Below the pieces are notes generated by a model. It ran no database searches and was not told the DNA's origin. It saw only the letters and a program-made list of their open reading frames with translations. Below, piece by piece: positions 51,701 to 63,618 of a stretch of DNA of 64,000 bases. Positions within the stretch are counted from its first letter, which is position 1. Every line of letters begins with the position of its first letter. This DNA comes from Amphiscolops sp. MND2022 (Eukaryota), in NCBI GenBank assembly GCA_964187785.1, contig OZ076409.1, positions 40,426,001 to 40,490,000 of the forward strand, in the 5' to 3' direction. Position numbers and translations under genes: made by a program.

Positions 51701-53932
51701 AACGCGTGTGACTTTGTCATTCAGTTCAATTTCACTATAGCGCACATTCCAGGCAAAAACAACACAGCGGCGGACTATCTGTCCCGCATGGAAATGGACC
51801 CCAATGAAAAGTTAGTCCTAAAAATCCGAGCGGACGTTGAAACCCAACCCATTGAAGTCAATGTCCAATCAGCCGGCGTGTCTGAAGAAGAACAAGTGTT
51901 CTTTACCGAAGAAGACAATGAAACAGAAGAACAAATTTGGGAAAGGAAAAGACAATCAAAAGCAGGACTCAAGGTCGACGAGACCGTCATCCAAATAGAT
52001 ACTATATCTGAAAATGTAGTGGATGAAATTACCAATTTCACCCAGAAACTACGTAGAACCAACCAAATACTACTAGAACAATCCAAAGATCCGATTTTGC
52101 TTCATTTAAAAGCAAAAATTCAAAATGAAGAATACTCTGAGGAAATCCTTCAGCAGGACAGCCGGTATAAACATTATTTAAATAATTTAGACCGTATAGT
52201 CCTCAAGGACGAAATAGTGACCCGACAGTATTACGACGAAACGGGACAAATCAAATACCACCAAATCTTACTACCAAAGCACCTGTTGAAAGAACTACTG
52301 CAAGCAATACATGGCACGGCACATCGACATCCTGGCATCTCTAAAATGCTGCAAGAGATCCGCCAAAAATATTACTACCCTGGCATAGCAAAATACGTTA
52401 AAAAATGGGTAGAGGGATGCGAAACGTGCGCTAGAGACAAACGAGTCCCAAATAATACAATTACACCAGAATTGTTGAACTTGCCCGAATGGGACCTTGG
52501 TCCAGAAGATGCCATGCAGATAGACTTATTACCAAACTTACCGACTAGTGGCGGATACCAGACGGTGATGACAGCTATAGATGTATTCTCAAGGTACTTA
52601 TTCGCCTACCCGCTAATTGAGGCAACAGCCACGAATGTAGCCAAGGTGATAATTGATATGATGACGAAACATTCATATTTACCAACAACTCTCATCACAG
52701 ACAAAGGGTCCGCATTTACATCGACCATCATAGCTGAGATAACTCAAATTTTGGGTATAACACTCAAATGTGCTACTACAAAGCACCCGCAAACAATTGG
52801 CAAACTCGAAAGGACGCATGCCTCACTCAAAACAAATTTGAAAATGGCCTCAGGGGAATATCGACGCCAATGGCATAAATATTTACCATTAGCAGTACTC
52901 AACTACAATACCACATACCACTCTAGTATTGGATGCGAACCGAGTAAAGTCTTCCACGGCCGGATTCCCTATAACGTCCTAGACCACAAATTGGGAAATA
53001 ACCCCAATAAAAATTTTTTGCCAACTACAGAATTTGCGGAGGAAGTACAGCAGAGGACACAAATCCTCATAGATCAAACGAAAAAGAACATCATGCAGTC
53101 TTATTTGAAATATAAGGACTATTACGACCGAAAGGCAAAGGCTGCCCCGCTTAAAGAAAAGGACTATTGTTTTGTTCTACAACCTAAAGCAGACAGTCAA
53201 GCATCAAAAATTCCATTCAAGGAATACAGGTGGATTGGACCATTCGTCATTCAAAAAGTACTGTCCAACGACAATTATATTGTCCGTCGTCTAAATACAA
53301 ATAAAACTCAAATACTTCATCGCATTAGACTAAAGAAATTCGTCCCGAATGCCCCTTTAGAGGACAAATACGATGGAGAAAAACTACAACCCGACAACGA
53401 GATAGTAATCCCGCAAGACGATTTGTACACTATCTCATGGGAAGTAGACTTTGAGTACGACTTATTTGAACCGAGGAAGGAAAATTGGACAGACGTGGCC
53501 ACACGCCGGCCGACGGACGCCGAGTCCACTAATACGAACAATGACGTTACCGACGAGGAAAGCACTATCAATGAAAGCTGCAGCGAGCGCACGACAAGAA
53601 ATTACGTCACCGAGAACGAACGCGTCAGCAATGAAAGTTACAATGAGCGTACGACAGAATATGACGTTACCGAGGACGAAATATCCCCGAGAAAGAATAA
53701 TAGCAGTGACGAACCGTCCCCCCCGACTCAAACGTCACAGCGCACTGAGAATGAAAATGACGTCACTAATGATTTACAAGATACGGAAAACGTTTCAAAC
53801 AAAGGCGCAGATATTACCGTGCCCGGAACATCAAAAAATGGAAATTCAAATGAAAATTCGAGCCCTAGAGGAGGGAAATACAATCTTCGACCTAACCCTA
53901 CCCCCAACTTTACTGATGAATACAGATACTAG
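48785..53932 (+). CDS. pol: Element B Pol (PR-RT-RNaseH-IN) with one in-frame TGA at 51044-51046
   Basis: LIDTGAHSS; YVDD; MTDASF; HGTAHRH...CETC; QIDLL/TDKGS/KLERTH; terminal KYNLRPNP; REA*LKL where REAGLKL is expected. Confidence 0.93.
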
Positions 53933-54168
53933 TCAGAAAACTTGAATTACCAGTCCCTTTACTTCACTTCCAGCCCTTGAGGACTTTTATTTTTTACTTG
54001 GGACTACTCTGACTGATTTTTCTTATCGATTACTGGAACTAATTATATACGAAAAGAGAGACTCAGTGGCGAATAATACAAAGCCACACAAACAGGCAAC
54101 AAAGAAGAAATAAATATAAAGCAATTTACAACAAGTACAGTCTAGAAACAAATGTACTCTTTGTACAT

Positions 54169-57100
54169 TTAAGATTTAGAAGTTCCAGGAGCGTTTGCAT
54201 CACTGGACTTTGCGGCTTCAGTCTCACCAGCTGCCCGAAAGCCAACTTTCTTGCCTTTACCAGGGGACAGCTTACGTGGTTTCCCCCCTTCTTTGGACGA
54301 GGAATTGGAAGCGGACTCGATGTCAGGACGGACACTCTTGCTCAGAGCCTTGTAGACCGCAATTAAAGTTTTATGCAAATTAGCCTTGCCGAAACTGTCT
54401 ACGTGTGACCAAGGGTCTCCTGGGACGTTGCCAATACTGAATCGGAACTCCAGATCTTTGAAGGTGCCCAGGGAAGCTTCTGTAGTGCACACAGCCACTG
54501 AATTAGCCACATTAGCTAGGTAAGACTGTGCAGGCATGATGACATCGAAAAGTCTACTTCGGGGATCATTACAGTCAACTCCAGAGAATTTGATGGCTGG
54601 AAGCTCTGGCAACTTAGAAGTCAGGCACAGACAACTCAACTGGAAGATGTAGAACAGATGTTTCCGCAACTTCAATTCAGGCATACCAATCAGAAAGGCT
54701 ACCATGTCGGTGAAGACCTCTGGGGTATCCTTGACCCCAGAGTTGGCTTGGCGGAAGAACTCCACGAAATCGATGTACTCGTCTCGGGCATCAGTCTCTG
54801 GGGAATTCTCTAACCAGCCCCGCAAACTAAAGGATCTGTACAGAGCGGAGAAACAGTATGTGGCTTGCTCAAGCGGCAGACTCAGGAGGGCTACTGGATC
54901 GAAACTGCCCAGACCTCTTACGATACCGGCATTCAAGCTAATGTCGGCCAGGAAGACTTTCAAAAGGTGGACGAGGTAACCTCGGGCCTTGGTGGCGAAA
55001 TCGTCCCGAAGGGCCTCAGCTGCTGTCTCCATCTCTTCAGACGTCAGTTGCTTCTCGCTATAAATTCTCCTGACGCGAGCATGGCATGCGGCATCCAAAT
55101 TTTCTTTGAGCTTCAAGCGACTCAAGAAATCTCGATTAGACAGTTGTCGCCAATTCTGTCCTTGCAAATCTCCCAGCGACTTCCAGTCCAGAATATCAGG
55201 CACGTGTCTGGGAAGTAGTGCTCGACCTGCCAACTTGCGAATGAAAGTATGGAACTCTCGGAAGGTGTAGAAGCCACTATCCCTTCGTTGCGCAAACTGA
55301 CTCTCGAAGCTCTTGGTGTCTGAAAAACAAAACATTACCATCCTGAAGGGTCTTTATGAAACCATTAGACCTAGCATGTCAATCTACTATATCTAGCATG
55401 AGCCTCAAATAGTGGTAAGACAAACTGGGACCATGAGGTCCGTAGACAAGAGAAAAACAATATACTAACAATCGCGGACAATTCGTGCGAAGAACTCCAG
55501 CTTGATGGTGAAGAAATCATCAGCTATGATTTCCCACTCGAGGCTTTGGGGCTTGTTTTTGACCCCCTGGTGGACCTGTGGTGGTGCTATCTTCGTCAGA
55601 TGTTGGTGCACAGACTTCCAGTTCGCAATTAGTTCCGAACATATGGCTGGTACAGCGGCAATCTCCAGGTGATAGGTAGTCATCGCCTACAATCAACATG
55701 CTTATTGGAGGCAATTCAAAACTGGACCTACAGTCTTACGGACAGTGACCTTACCTTGACGAATTCTGGCATCAGGGCGGCCCAGGACTGTCCACCGCAA
55801 CCGTCCAGGAAGGTAATCAGAAACTTCAACTGAGAGAAGAAGCTGATACTGCCAAACACGCTGCCCCATCGTTCATGCATCAGGTCTGGCAGACAAAGAG
55901 CATCAAATCGGAAAGGGTACTCAATCCCTTTTTGGAAGAGGCAAGAACGTTCAAGAAGAGGAATCACCTCTGCAGGACACCCGGACACGCTCACAATCTG
56001 AGGTTGCGTTGATAGGACGGACAAGAGGCGGGAAAGTACCAACAGGAAACCAGCCGCAGGCTCTGAAGCAGTCCGGTATCGTAGCAAACGGACGACATTG
56101 AGGGATTCGCCCTTCCAGAACCGGATCGAGATGAAGCTGTAGGTGCCTCGCATTTCAAACTCCAGAGAGTACTGACCCGTGACACTGACTTGATAGGCGA
56201 TGTCAGCGATGCCGCAGAGGAAGATGTGATGAAAGATCGTCTAAAACAAAATCAACCAGGATGAAAATGAGTTGGGTCTACGTTAGGACTAAAGGACCCT
56301 GAGGCTAGAAACCGCCGATACTTACTGTCAATTTAGAGGAGCCCCAATCGTAAGGAGAGAACAGACTCTGATGATTGGTAACAGTGCCAATCTGTGACCA
56401 TAGCGACTCAAGGACGTTTAGATCTCCACAACGGGGAGCGAAGAGAGCAACCATGGAGATTTGAACACACAGTCTGATCTCCTCCTGCCCAGCGATGGAG
56501 CCAAGGCCAGCCATATGGTCCTCGTAGAAGGGGTTACTGCTGCCAGTTTCGACCAAAGGGACTTGCATAAAGAAAGGCTTCTCTTTCTCAAGCTCCAAGG
56601 GGGTCAACAATTGGCCCTTCTTCCCCCTGACTTCGTACACAGTCCGGCCAGTCACCTTGTCCTTCTTCCTTAGGTGCTCATATCTCCAGCGCTGGTCTTT
56701 GCGAAAATGCGACTCACACTGGAAATGGCGGACAATCTCCCGGGCTCCTTTTGAGAAAATGGAAACATTCGTCTTACATATCTGGCAGTAGAACTTATGT
56801 TTGTTGTGTTCTGGATCAAGGGGGCCAGTGACGAATGTCCGAGTCCACTGAATCCCTTTGAAATACGCTTCTTTCATTACTTTGCCTGTGCGTCCTGGAA
56901 GCCGACGACGTTTGCGGGGTGGACTTGAGGCAGAAGCTTGGTCAGCGGTCAATGTGGCTAAAGGCTCATAGTCAGTTGAGCAGAATCCTGGACTAGGGAC
57001 TTGCTGTGCGGATGAAGGGCCAGGTGTTGATGTCGAACCTTGATCTGGAGGACTAGGGGGAGGATTGATGCTCAGATCCTTGCTGGTTCTCTGAGAGTTG

Positions 57101-58101
57101 ATGACGAACTCATCTTCCGAACTGAGGGCTCCGCTAGTGTACCCCTCAGTCCCAACGTCACTGTCTTCCGCTCCTGATCCAAGGCTGCCGCCCTGCTTAC
57201 GGAAGATCTTGATTCGCTGCTTCCCGGATCCTTGAGGAGTACCTTGGGAGCGAATTCCTGCCCGGATCGCTTCTTCCAGCATGTTCTTCATTTGATGAAG
57301 GGAAGAAGTAATGGTCTCCGTGGAGACGGCACGCAAGATGGAATGGACTTGCCCCTGATTGAAGGCTACAGTCGCATGGCCTACCGGGAGGATACATGGG
57401 TTGGTCTCATTGAAATGCTGATTTATCAGCGTTCTAGCAGAGGCAGATAAAGGTCTGGTTGGACTGAAGAGCTTCGGAGAAGACGTGCCAGGTATCTCAG
57501 CCGAGGTGGATGGCTTGACATTCTCATGGGTCTCAGTCCCAGTGGAGCTTAGCGCATCCAGTGCAATCACGAAGGGTGGTTCCTTGATGGTCTCAGCACC
57601 GGAACTATCGAGTATTTCTTCAGTGTCGCTGGTATCAGTTTGGAAGTAATCCGCCTTGGTGACGGAAAATCCAGCTTCACTGGCAGCATCACCGCCTCGC
57701 TCAATCTCAGCCTCAGGAGACTCCTTGTCTTGCGACCCAGTCGTGACCTGGGGAATTGGTTCCGACTCAGAAGTTTTCTCAGCGATTGACTTTGGTGCAT
57801 TGTCTACAATGGCAGATGTAGTAGGGGGCAAGAAGGAGATGTCAAGTCCAAGGCCCTGGCAACCCAAAGTCTGCAATTGACGGTCAATGTAAGCGGAAAT
57901 GCTTTCATCCGTAGAAGGGCTTGGGGTCGGAGCAGTCTTATCAGGATCATCTCCTGGCGGCACAAGTTGCGTGGACTCAGGGTCAACAGGGATCGAAGTG
58001 GCCTGACTAGTACCAGCTTCTTTGGGGATGGCAACTTCTTCTTCAATCATAGATGTAGTAGCAGTGGCAGGAACAATATCGTTTTGCTCTTCGGACGACA
58101 T
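54169..58101 (-). CDS. Antisense spliced accessory gene of element B, ~1209 aa; exons 58101-56326, 56240-55755, 55686-55470, 55319-54169; BED-like zinc finger, hAT-transposase-like body
   Basis: Three GT-AG introns (85, 68, 150 nt) join four ORF-track ORFs in frame; FYCQICKTNVSIFSKGAREIVRHFQCESH finger; PPRKRRR NLS-like; - strand AATAAA at ~53991-53986. Confidence 0.85.
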
Positions 58102-59378
58102 GTCTAAACAGAAAGGGATAAACTCAAGCGGATAACTTCCTGAGAAAGAGTCCATTACCGCGTTAAAAAATCTTCCGGAAGTAGATTTTTCGAACTCAAG
58201 TGAATACTTGTGTTATGGGACAGGAAGTACGTGAATGAAATGAGAGCCCTGATCAAGCCTCAGATTAATTCAATACTAAAATAGAAACAAAACCTGAAAA
58301 GCTACTGACCTGTTTGAATGCAAAGAAGGATGTCTTGAGAAGGGAGTACTGTGTACAGTTAGACTGGTGGTCACTAAATTGGAAGCTGAGCGATCAGTAG
58401 AGAAGGATGACGAAGCTGGACTGGTGACAATACAGCAGCAGTTGTAGGGAGAAGACAAATTCTTCTTTGATGAAGGACAAGAAAGATTGCTGAAGACGAA
58501 TTAGCAAAAGGGACTCAGTGTCGATTGTCCTAGGATGACCCGAGAAATCCACAGAAGACGTAATTGGAAGAAATTACGAATGAATACTTTAAATGAATAC
58601 TGAGTAAATACGACTAGAAGACTAAAAGACTAGAGATGATTAAATACTGGACGATAATACAAAGAGTAGTTGGAAAGAATTTGAAAATAACGAATTGAAA
58701 AGAGAATTGGCAATGTGACAAGATGTCAAAGTTGGAGTTCGTGGCTATACAGTTTGGTGTCAAATTTGTTATTATTTACAATTTACAGTGTTATGTGGAT
58801 AGAGTCTGCCAGCGATATCTACAATTGCTTATTTATTTCGAAAATGTACCGTTTTACAAATTATTTCATAATTTTCCAAGATTTTATTAATTTCAAGGTC
58901 ATTTTACATTAGTCCTTATATGGATTTACGGCCTTGGGGGGCCATTTTTATTCAGGAAAGATCGTGCTGCATTCCTATTGGCTAATCAAGATTGCTGGGG
59001 GACGGCGTGGCTGACTGCCATAGCTTACCCTCTTGAAACCTTTAAGTGCTCGATGAGTGTTAATAAACACTTGAAGCGGCACTCTTAATATGGAGGTGTT
59101 GACAGAACTGATGTAAGCCAACAAGGCAGTTGTCGGCGTTATCAAAGAAGGCAAGACGGAAAGATGAAAGATATTACCAAGATGGAATTTGTTATTGAAA
59201 ATTTATCCTTCTCGGGAGACGTAAAACCCCGGGAAACCGAGACGAAAACTCCCGCTAGTCGACGGAAGGGAAGACCGCCATTGTTCTACAATCATTCACA
59301 ACAACCAGTTGGCTATTTGAAATAAAACTCAAAAACTTCTCAAAAGAAATCTCTCCGAAAATTGCAAAGAAAATAATT

Positions 59379-60215
59379 ATGGACAGATTCCTATCAAGCC
59401 ATTTCGACTCAGAGTCCCCCGAGTACTTCCCGGAAGACTTTCTGGGTGCAGCCCCGGGAGACGGGATAATTTGTATCTCCAGTGATGACGAAATGGATCG
59501 TGTGAGCAGCGCTTCAGTAGACGACCTGGAATCTCTATCCGACGACGATGAAGTGGCCTTACTGGCGGAATGTGTTGAAAGACAAATGGAAATCCCATTA
59601 GCTTCAGGAAACATTCCGGTGCCCTCCTGTTCAAACCAACAGGGAGAAGATCACTACGGGACCCCCAGGCTCTCATACATCCCTGGGCCAATGTTCGATG
59701 CTGGATACTTTGATCTAGGAATGGGGAGAGGGCCAGTCGCGAGAGACACAAGGCTCAAAAACGATCATCCGATTAATATTTGCAGCCAATTAATTCCAAT
59801 GGTGGACACGCCAATGTCCCCCCCTGCCGTAGATAAATACCCTACAGACGACTGGAGAGCAATGGTAGAGCCCTCTACTAGTAACAAGCAACAATGCCCA
59901 AGTGGAATACACTTTAAAGGCCCTAGCGTCGACAATCCCTACATCACGGGCTGCACAGACTGCCTCATCTGCGGAAAATCTGTGGAACAGATTCAAGATG
60001 AAGCAGTGATTGACTACATGCACAAGACGGCTGTCCGAGGGGAGTCCCCAGAACAATTCAATGCCAGAAGACTAGCGTTCTTAGAAGGAATGAAGGTGGG
60101 CTGCTTCATGCTAATCCCAGGGGGAGTGTCCCAGGCGTCCGCCTGTGATGGCAACTTGTATTCTATTTGCCACAACTATCAAAAAGCCCTACCCAACACG
60201 ATCCATTTGAATTGA
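59379..60215 (+). CDS. Element B second accessory ORF, 278 aa, unknown function; acidic N-terminus and Cys-rich C-terminus; ends inside 3' LTR
   Basis: ATG-initiated intact ORF; IICISSDDE; CTDCLICGK; AATAAA ~10 nt after the stop. Confidence 0.75.
   Translation: MDRFLSSHFDSESPEYFPEDFLGAAPGDGIICISSDDEMDRVSSASVDDLESLSDDDEVALLAECVERQMEIPLASGNIPVPSCSNQQGEDHYGTPRLSYIPGPMFDAGYFDLGMGRGPVARDTRLKNDHPINICSQLIPMVDTPMSPPAVDKYPTDDWRAMVEPSTSNKQQCPSGIHFKGPSVDNPYITGCTDCLICGKSVEQIQDEAVIDYMHKTAVRGESPEQFNARRLAFLEGMKVGCFMLIPGGVSQASACDGNLYSICHNYQKALPNTIHLN
60119..60126 (+). promoter_or_regulatory. Polypurine tract of element B
   Basis: AGGGGGAG immediately before TGTC of the 3' LTR. Confidence 0.8.
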
Positions 60216-61633
60216 AACTTTTTAAATAAACTGCATTTGTATCTTAAAAGTCATGTAATTTATTTATTTTGAATATAGAATATCATGTAGTGATGATTTG
60301 ATATTATGTAATACCGGCGCTAATTTGTACGTTATTAGTAAATTGGACACCAAGGCGTACAGGTAGAGGAAACGCGTTCAAATGTTTTCTCGCCTGTCGC
60401 CTTGGTCCGCCAGTCCAATTAACTCGCTAGCCAATCACAGTGCAGTACTTTCTTTATTCGGTGCTGTATTATGCTGCTAGATTAAAGGGACTGAGTGGCC
60501 ATATGCCGCCAGTCAATAATATCTCAGTCCACTCATGTCGAGTGGACGCTGAGGCCGTTTTGGAATTAAAGGCGCTTACTGGAAAGTACTATGAATTGCG
60601 TAATAACCAGTGATTTACTGTCTTATTTAGTAAATTATTAGTCCTTAGAGGATATGTGATCTGCGTTAATTAGTACGCCATCAATGTATTTGATATAATT
60701 CATGTAATTAGAAAGTGTTGAAATACATGCAGTTTGTTGAATTCATACATGTATGTCGTTGCTTGTCCGCAAGGACCTTCAGTCTTCCCGCCACAATAAC
60801 TGTCGGGGAAGACCCTTTGATCTATGATGATGTCACTAGTTAACCGTTGCTATATTTAGAACTGTTGCTATTTTTAGAAGCCCTTAAGGCTATTATTAGA
60901 AAATGATGATTAATATTATGCGTGTCATGTAGTTTGTTATGTATATATAGCGGAGACATTTAGTCCCGGGACACAAGAAGTTTGACCTTACTACATGCTT
61001 GTTACTTGATACTGTGTAATCTCACACTGAATTTGCAAGCCTGAGAACTTAATTTAAATTCTTACCTCTTGCAACAATCTCTTATGCCTTCTACTAGACG
61101 TCAAAAAGCGAAAGCCAGGAAATCTAGGGAAATGGACATGATGTCCGACTTTGAAAACTTAGATGTAATGCTGGGAAATAGCAATAATAATCCCATAGAA
61201 AGGGAATTAGCTGAAGCTATAGACCAATCATCGGCCCATGGGGACGCTGATACACACACGTACCCGGAGAATGAATATAGAGATTATCAACATGAAAATG
61301 ATGTACTGAGGCAAGATGAAATCAGGCACTCCTTTGAAACTTTCTCGAATGAGTTTAATCTCAGATTATCTCAAGAAATGGATTCTATGATGTCAATGAT
61401 GCATAATCAAATTAATAGGGCTGTCACAACAGCTATAAATGAAAGAGTCATCCCAGAAATCCAGAATATTGCAAACTCGATGTCCTCTATGGGACACAGG
61501 GACACTGAGGCCAGTTCGTCCCCAAATAGTCAGGAAAACAGGGAAAGCGCACCCGGGCCTAAAATAAAAATTGCAAAGAAAGATTCAAGATCTGTAGGTG
61601 ACTTAAGAGATACCATGAGTCATGGTTCTTACA
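60127..61633 (+). repeat. Element B 3' LTR (1507 bp)
   Basis: Copy of 46137-47643, followed by TSD CCAAT. Confidence 0.97.
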
Positions 61634-61925
61634 CCAATTTCTATCAAAACGTAAAAATTTCATCACAATCACCAATTTTTGGTATCTGATTTATTCAAGA
61701 TTGATCTCGAAGGAAGCACAAATCTTCCTGAAAAAAGTATGGCTGTAACTTAAGCCTCAATAAAGACCTAATGCTCCAGAAAAATAATAATTGAACGGTT
61801 TCGTGGCGTTGAACATGAAAGTCATACCTTTTCTATAAAAGTCATATTATTTATGACAACTAAATAAGGAAACATTAGTTGAACTATATGACAGGTCAAC
61901 CCGGGATCGCTGGTGAATGTAAAAA

Positions 61926-62731
61926 CCCAGTGTTCGAAGCCATGGTATTCTTGCCATGATCCATAGAAAGTTACTAGCAAGCCTTGCCAAGATCTTGTCT
62001 TGATCTTGCCATGATCTTGGCAAGGATTCAATGACAATGCAAGATCGTGCAAAGGGTAACCATGATCTTGGGTAAATGAAGGGTAAAGCATGATTAACCA
62101 TGATCTTGGGGCAAGGTTTCTATGGAACCACTAGCGAAAAGTTTGGATAATTCAGAGCTCCGTTTTCCTAATTCTATTCATTTTTATTGCAATAATTTTC
62201 TTTGCTATCTCGAACTTCAGTAATTTCAACACGTTATCTCAGTAGGTGAGGTATTAGCAAGATTAACAAACCAGTGCTAAAAAGGTTTTCACACCGATAT
62301 CGCAAATTGCATTATCTTGATTTGCAGAGCCTCCTGAGGAGTTTGCTTTGTATGATAAATTATGATAGTAGTAACAATGCCGTGCTCTCAAATACCAAAA
62401 CTAGGCAAATTGGTGCAAATTATTGAGAAGTTTTGGATACTTTTCAGTTTGAAAAACTCTTTTTGATAAAAAAAGGTTATGTCCGAAGTTATCTCAACGG
62501 CTAATTCAAAAATTGGAGACGGAAAGATTTTCTTCAAAAGAATAAATTATACAATAAAAAGCAGCTTACATGTCTTACCATGGTTATCTTGCCATAACAA
62601 TCTCGCCATAATATCTTGCTATGGCATTGACAAGCGTTCCATTTGTATCATGGCAAGGGTACCATGGTTAAGCATGATTAAGCAAGATTTACCATGATCA
62701 TGGCAAGCGTTCCATGGCTTCGAACACTGGG
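61926..62731. mobile_element. MITE with 20-bp perfect TIRs and AA flanks
   Basis: AA|CCCAGTGTTCGAAGCCATGG ... CCATGGCTTCGAACACTGGG|AA; subterminal CCATGATCTTG repeats. Confidence 0.85.
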
Positions 62732-63064
62732 AACACAATTTGACAACCTATTATTTCAGAATTTTGTTTTTGGCATTGCTAAGCTGTGATTGGTATTGAC
62801 AAAAAGCATGAATACTTTTAAATTACATTTGAGTTTATAAGCATATAGGTCCTCTTCATAAGCTCCGAAAGAACAGCAAACACTGGCTCCCCGATTAGGG
62901 TTTTCAAAAATGTAGTATTACGAGCATGCTCATGTGGTTTTTGAGAAAGTTCGCTATGCCAGAAACGATTCAGAGGAAAACTTTTTTAAAGGCTCAAATA
63001 CGTTTTCTCCTATCTGAAAAAAATCAATAAAGGGATTTTATTGAAGACTGTTGGTACTTTCTAC

Positions 63065-63334
63065 CTGCTCAAAGTCTGTGTACATGGACTTTTTCATCAC
63101 CTGAAAACCTCCGGGATAATTCTGTGGCAAACCCCATGCTGCCACCATTGCAATTACCATCGCAAACTTTTCATACTCCGTTATCGACACGATCACGTTG
63201 TTTTGATACTTTGACTTCCTATCAACTTCTCTAATGCAGCCACCGCTTCTCAAGGGGCCCGCTGAATATGCAAACGGCAGTAAATTTGACAATGTCTCAA
63301 CTACATGTGGAAATTGACTTCCGCATAATGAAAC
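63065..63334 (-). CDS. Possible isolated coding exon of an unidentified gene
   Basis: ttgcag|270 nt open, raised GC|gtagaa; no recognisable domain. Confidence 0.35.
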
Positions 63335-63618
63335 CTGCAACGTTCGCGTTTACCAATAGCTGCCAAATGTAGAATGTATATTTAAAGAAGCTTGATGAAC
63401 ATCGATTAAAGAACTATTGTTGCATTAAAGTCTCCGTTTCCGTATTAGTTTTTAAAATTTTTTAAAAGTTTCAAAATGTAAAATTTCAAACAATTTCGAC
63501 TGGAGAAACATCTGCACTTCAAATAAAGTAGAAAGGGGAGCCCACTAACACCGTTTTGGCACTCTTGGCAGCTTTTGAAACGTAATACGTGGAAAAGGTA
63601 AAAGTTTAGTAAAACTTA

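Larger units (their letters stand above)
46137..61633 (+). mobile_element. Complete 15,497-bp Ty3/Gypsy LTR retrotransposon (element B) with two accessory genes
   Basis: TG...CA LTRs at 46137-47643 and 60127-61633; 5-bp TSD CCAAT at 46132-46136 and 61634-61638; PBS, PPT, gag, pol. Confidence 0.97.

Noticed and set aside
54000..59300. Accessory region as a recent nested DNA-transposon insertion
   Set aside because: No TIRs or TSD found by eye and the catalytic motif looks degenerate; not fully excluded without other copies
54169..60215. Accessory ORFs as env
   Set aside because: No signal peptide, fusion peptide or TM anchor; the larger gene is antisense with a zinc finger and NLS-like motif
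46137..61633. 1.5-kb repeat as tandem duplication or assembly error
   Set aside because: TG...CA ends, PBS, PPT and CCAAT TSD all sit exactly at the repeat boundaries
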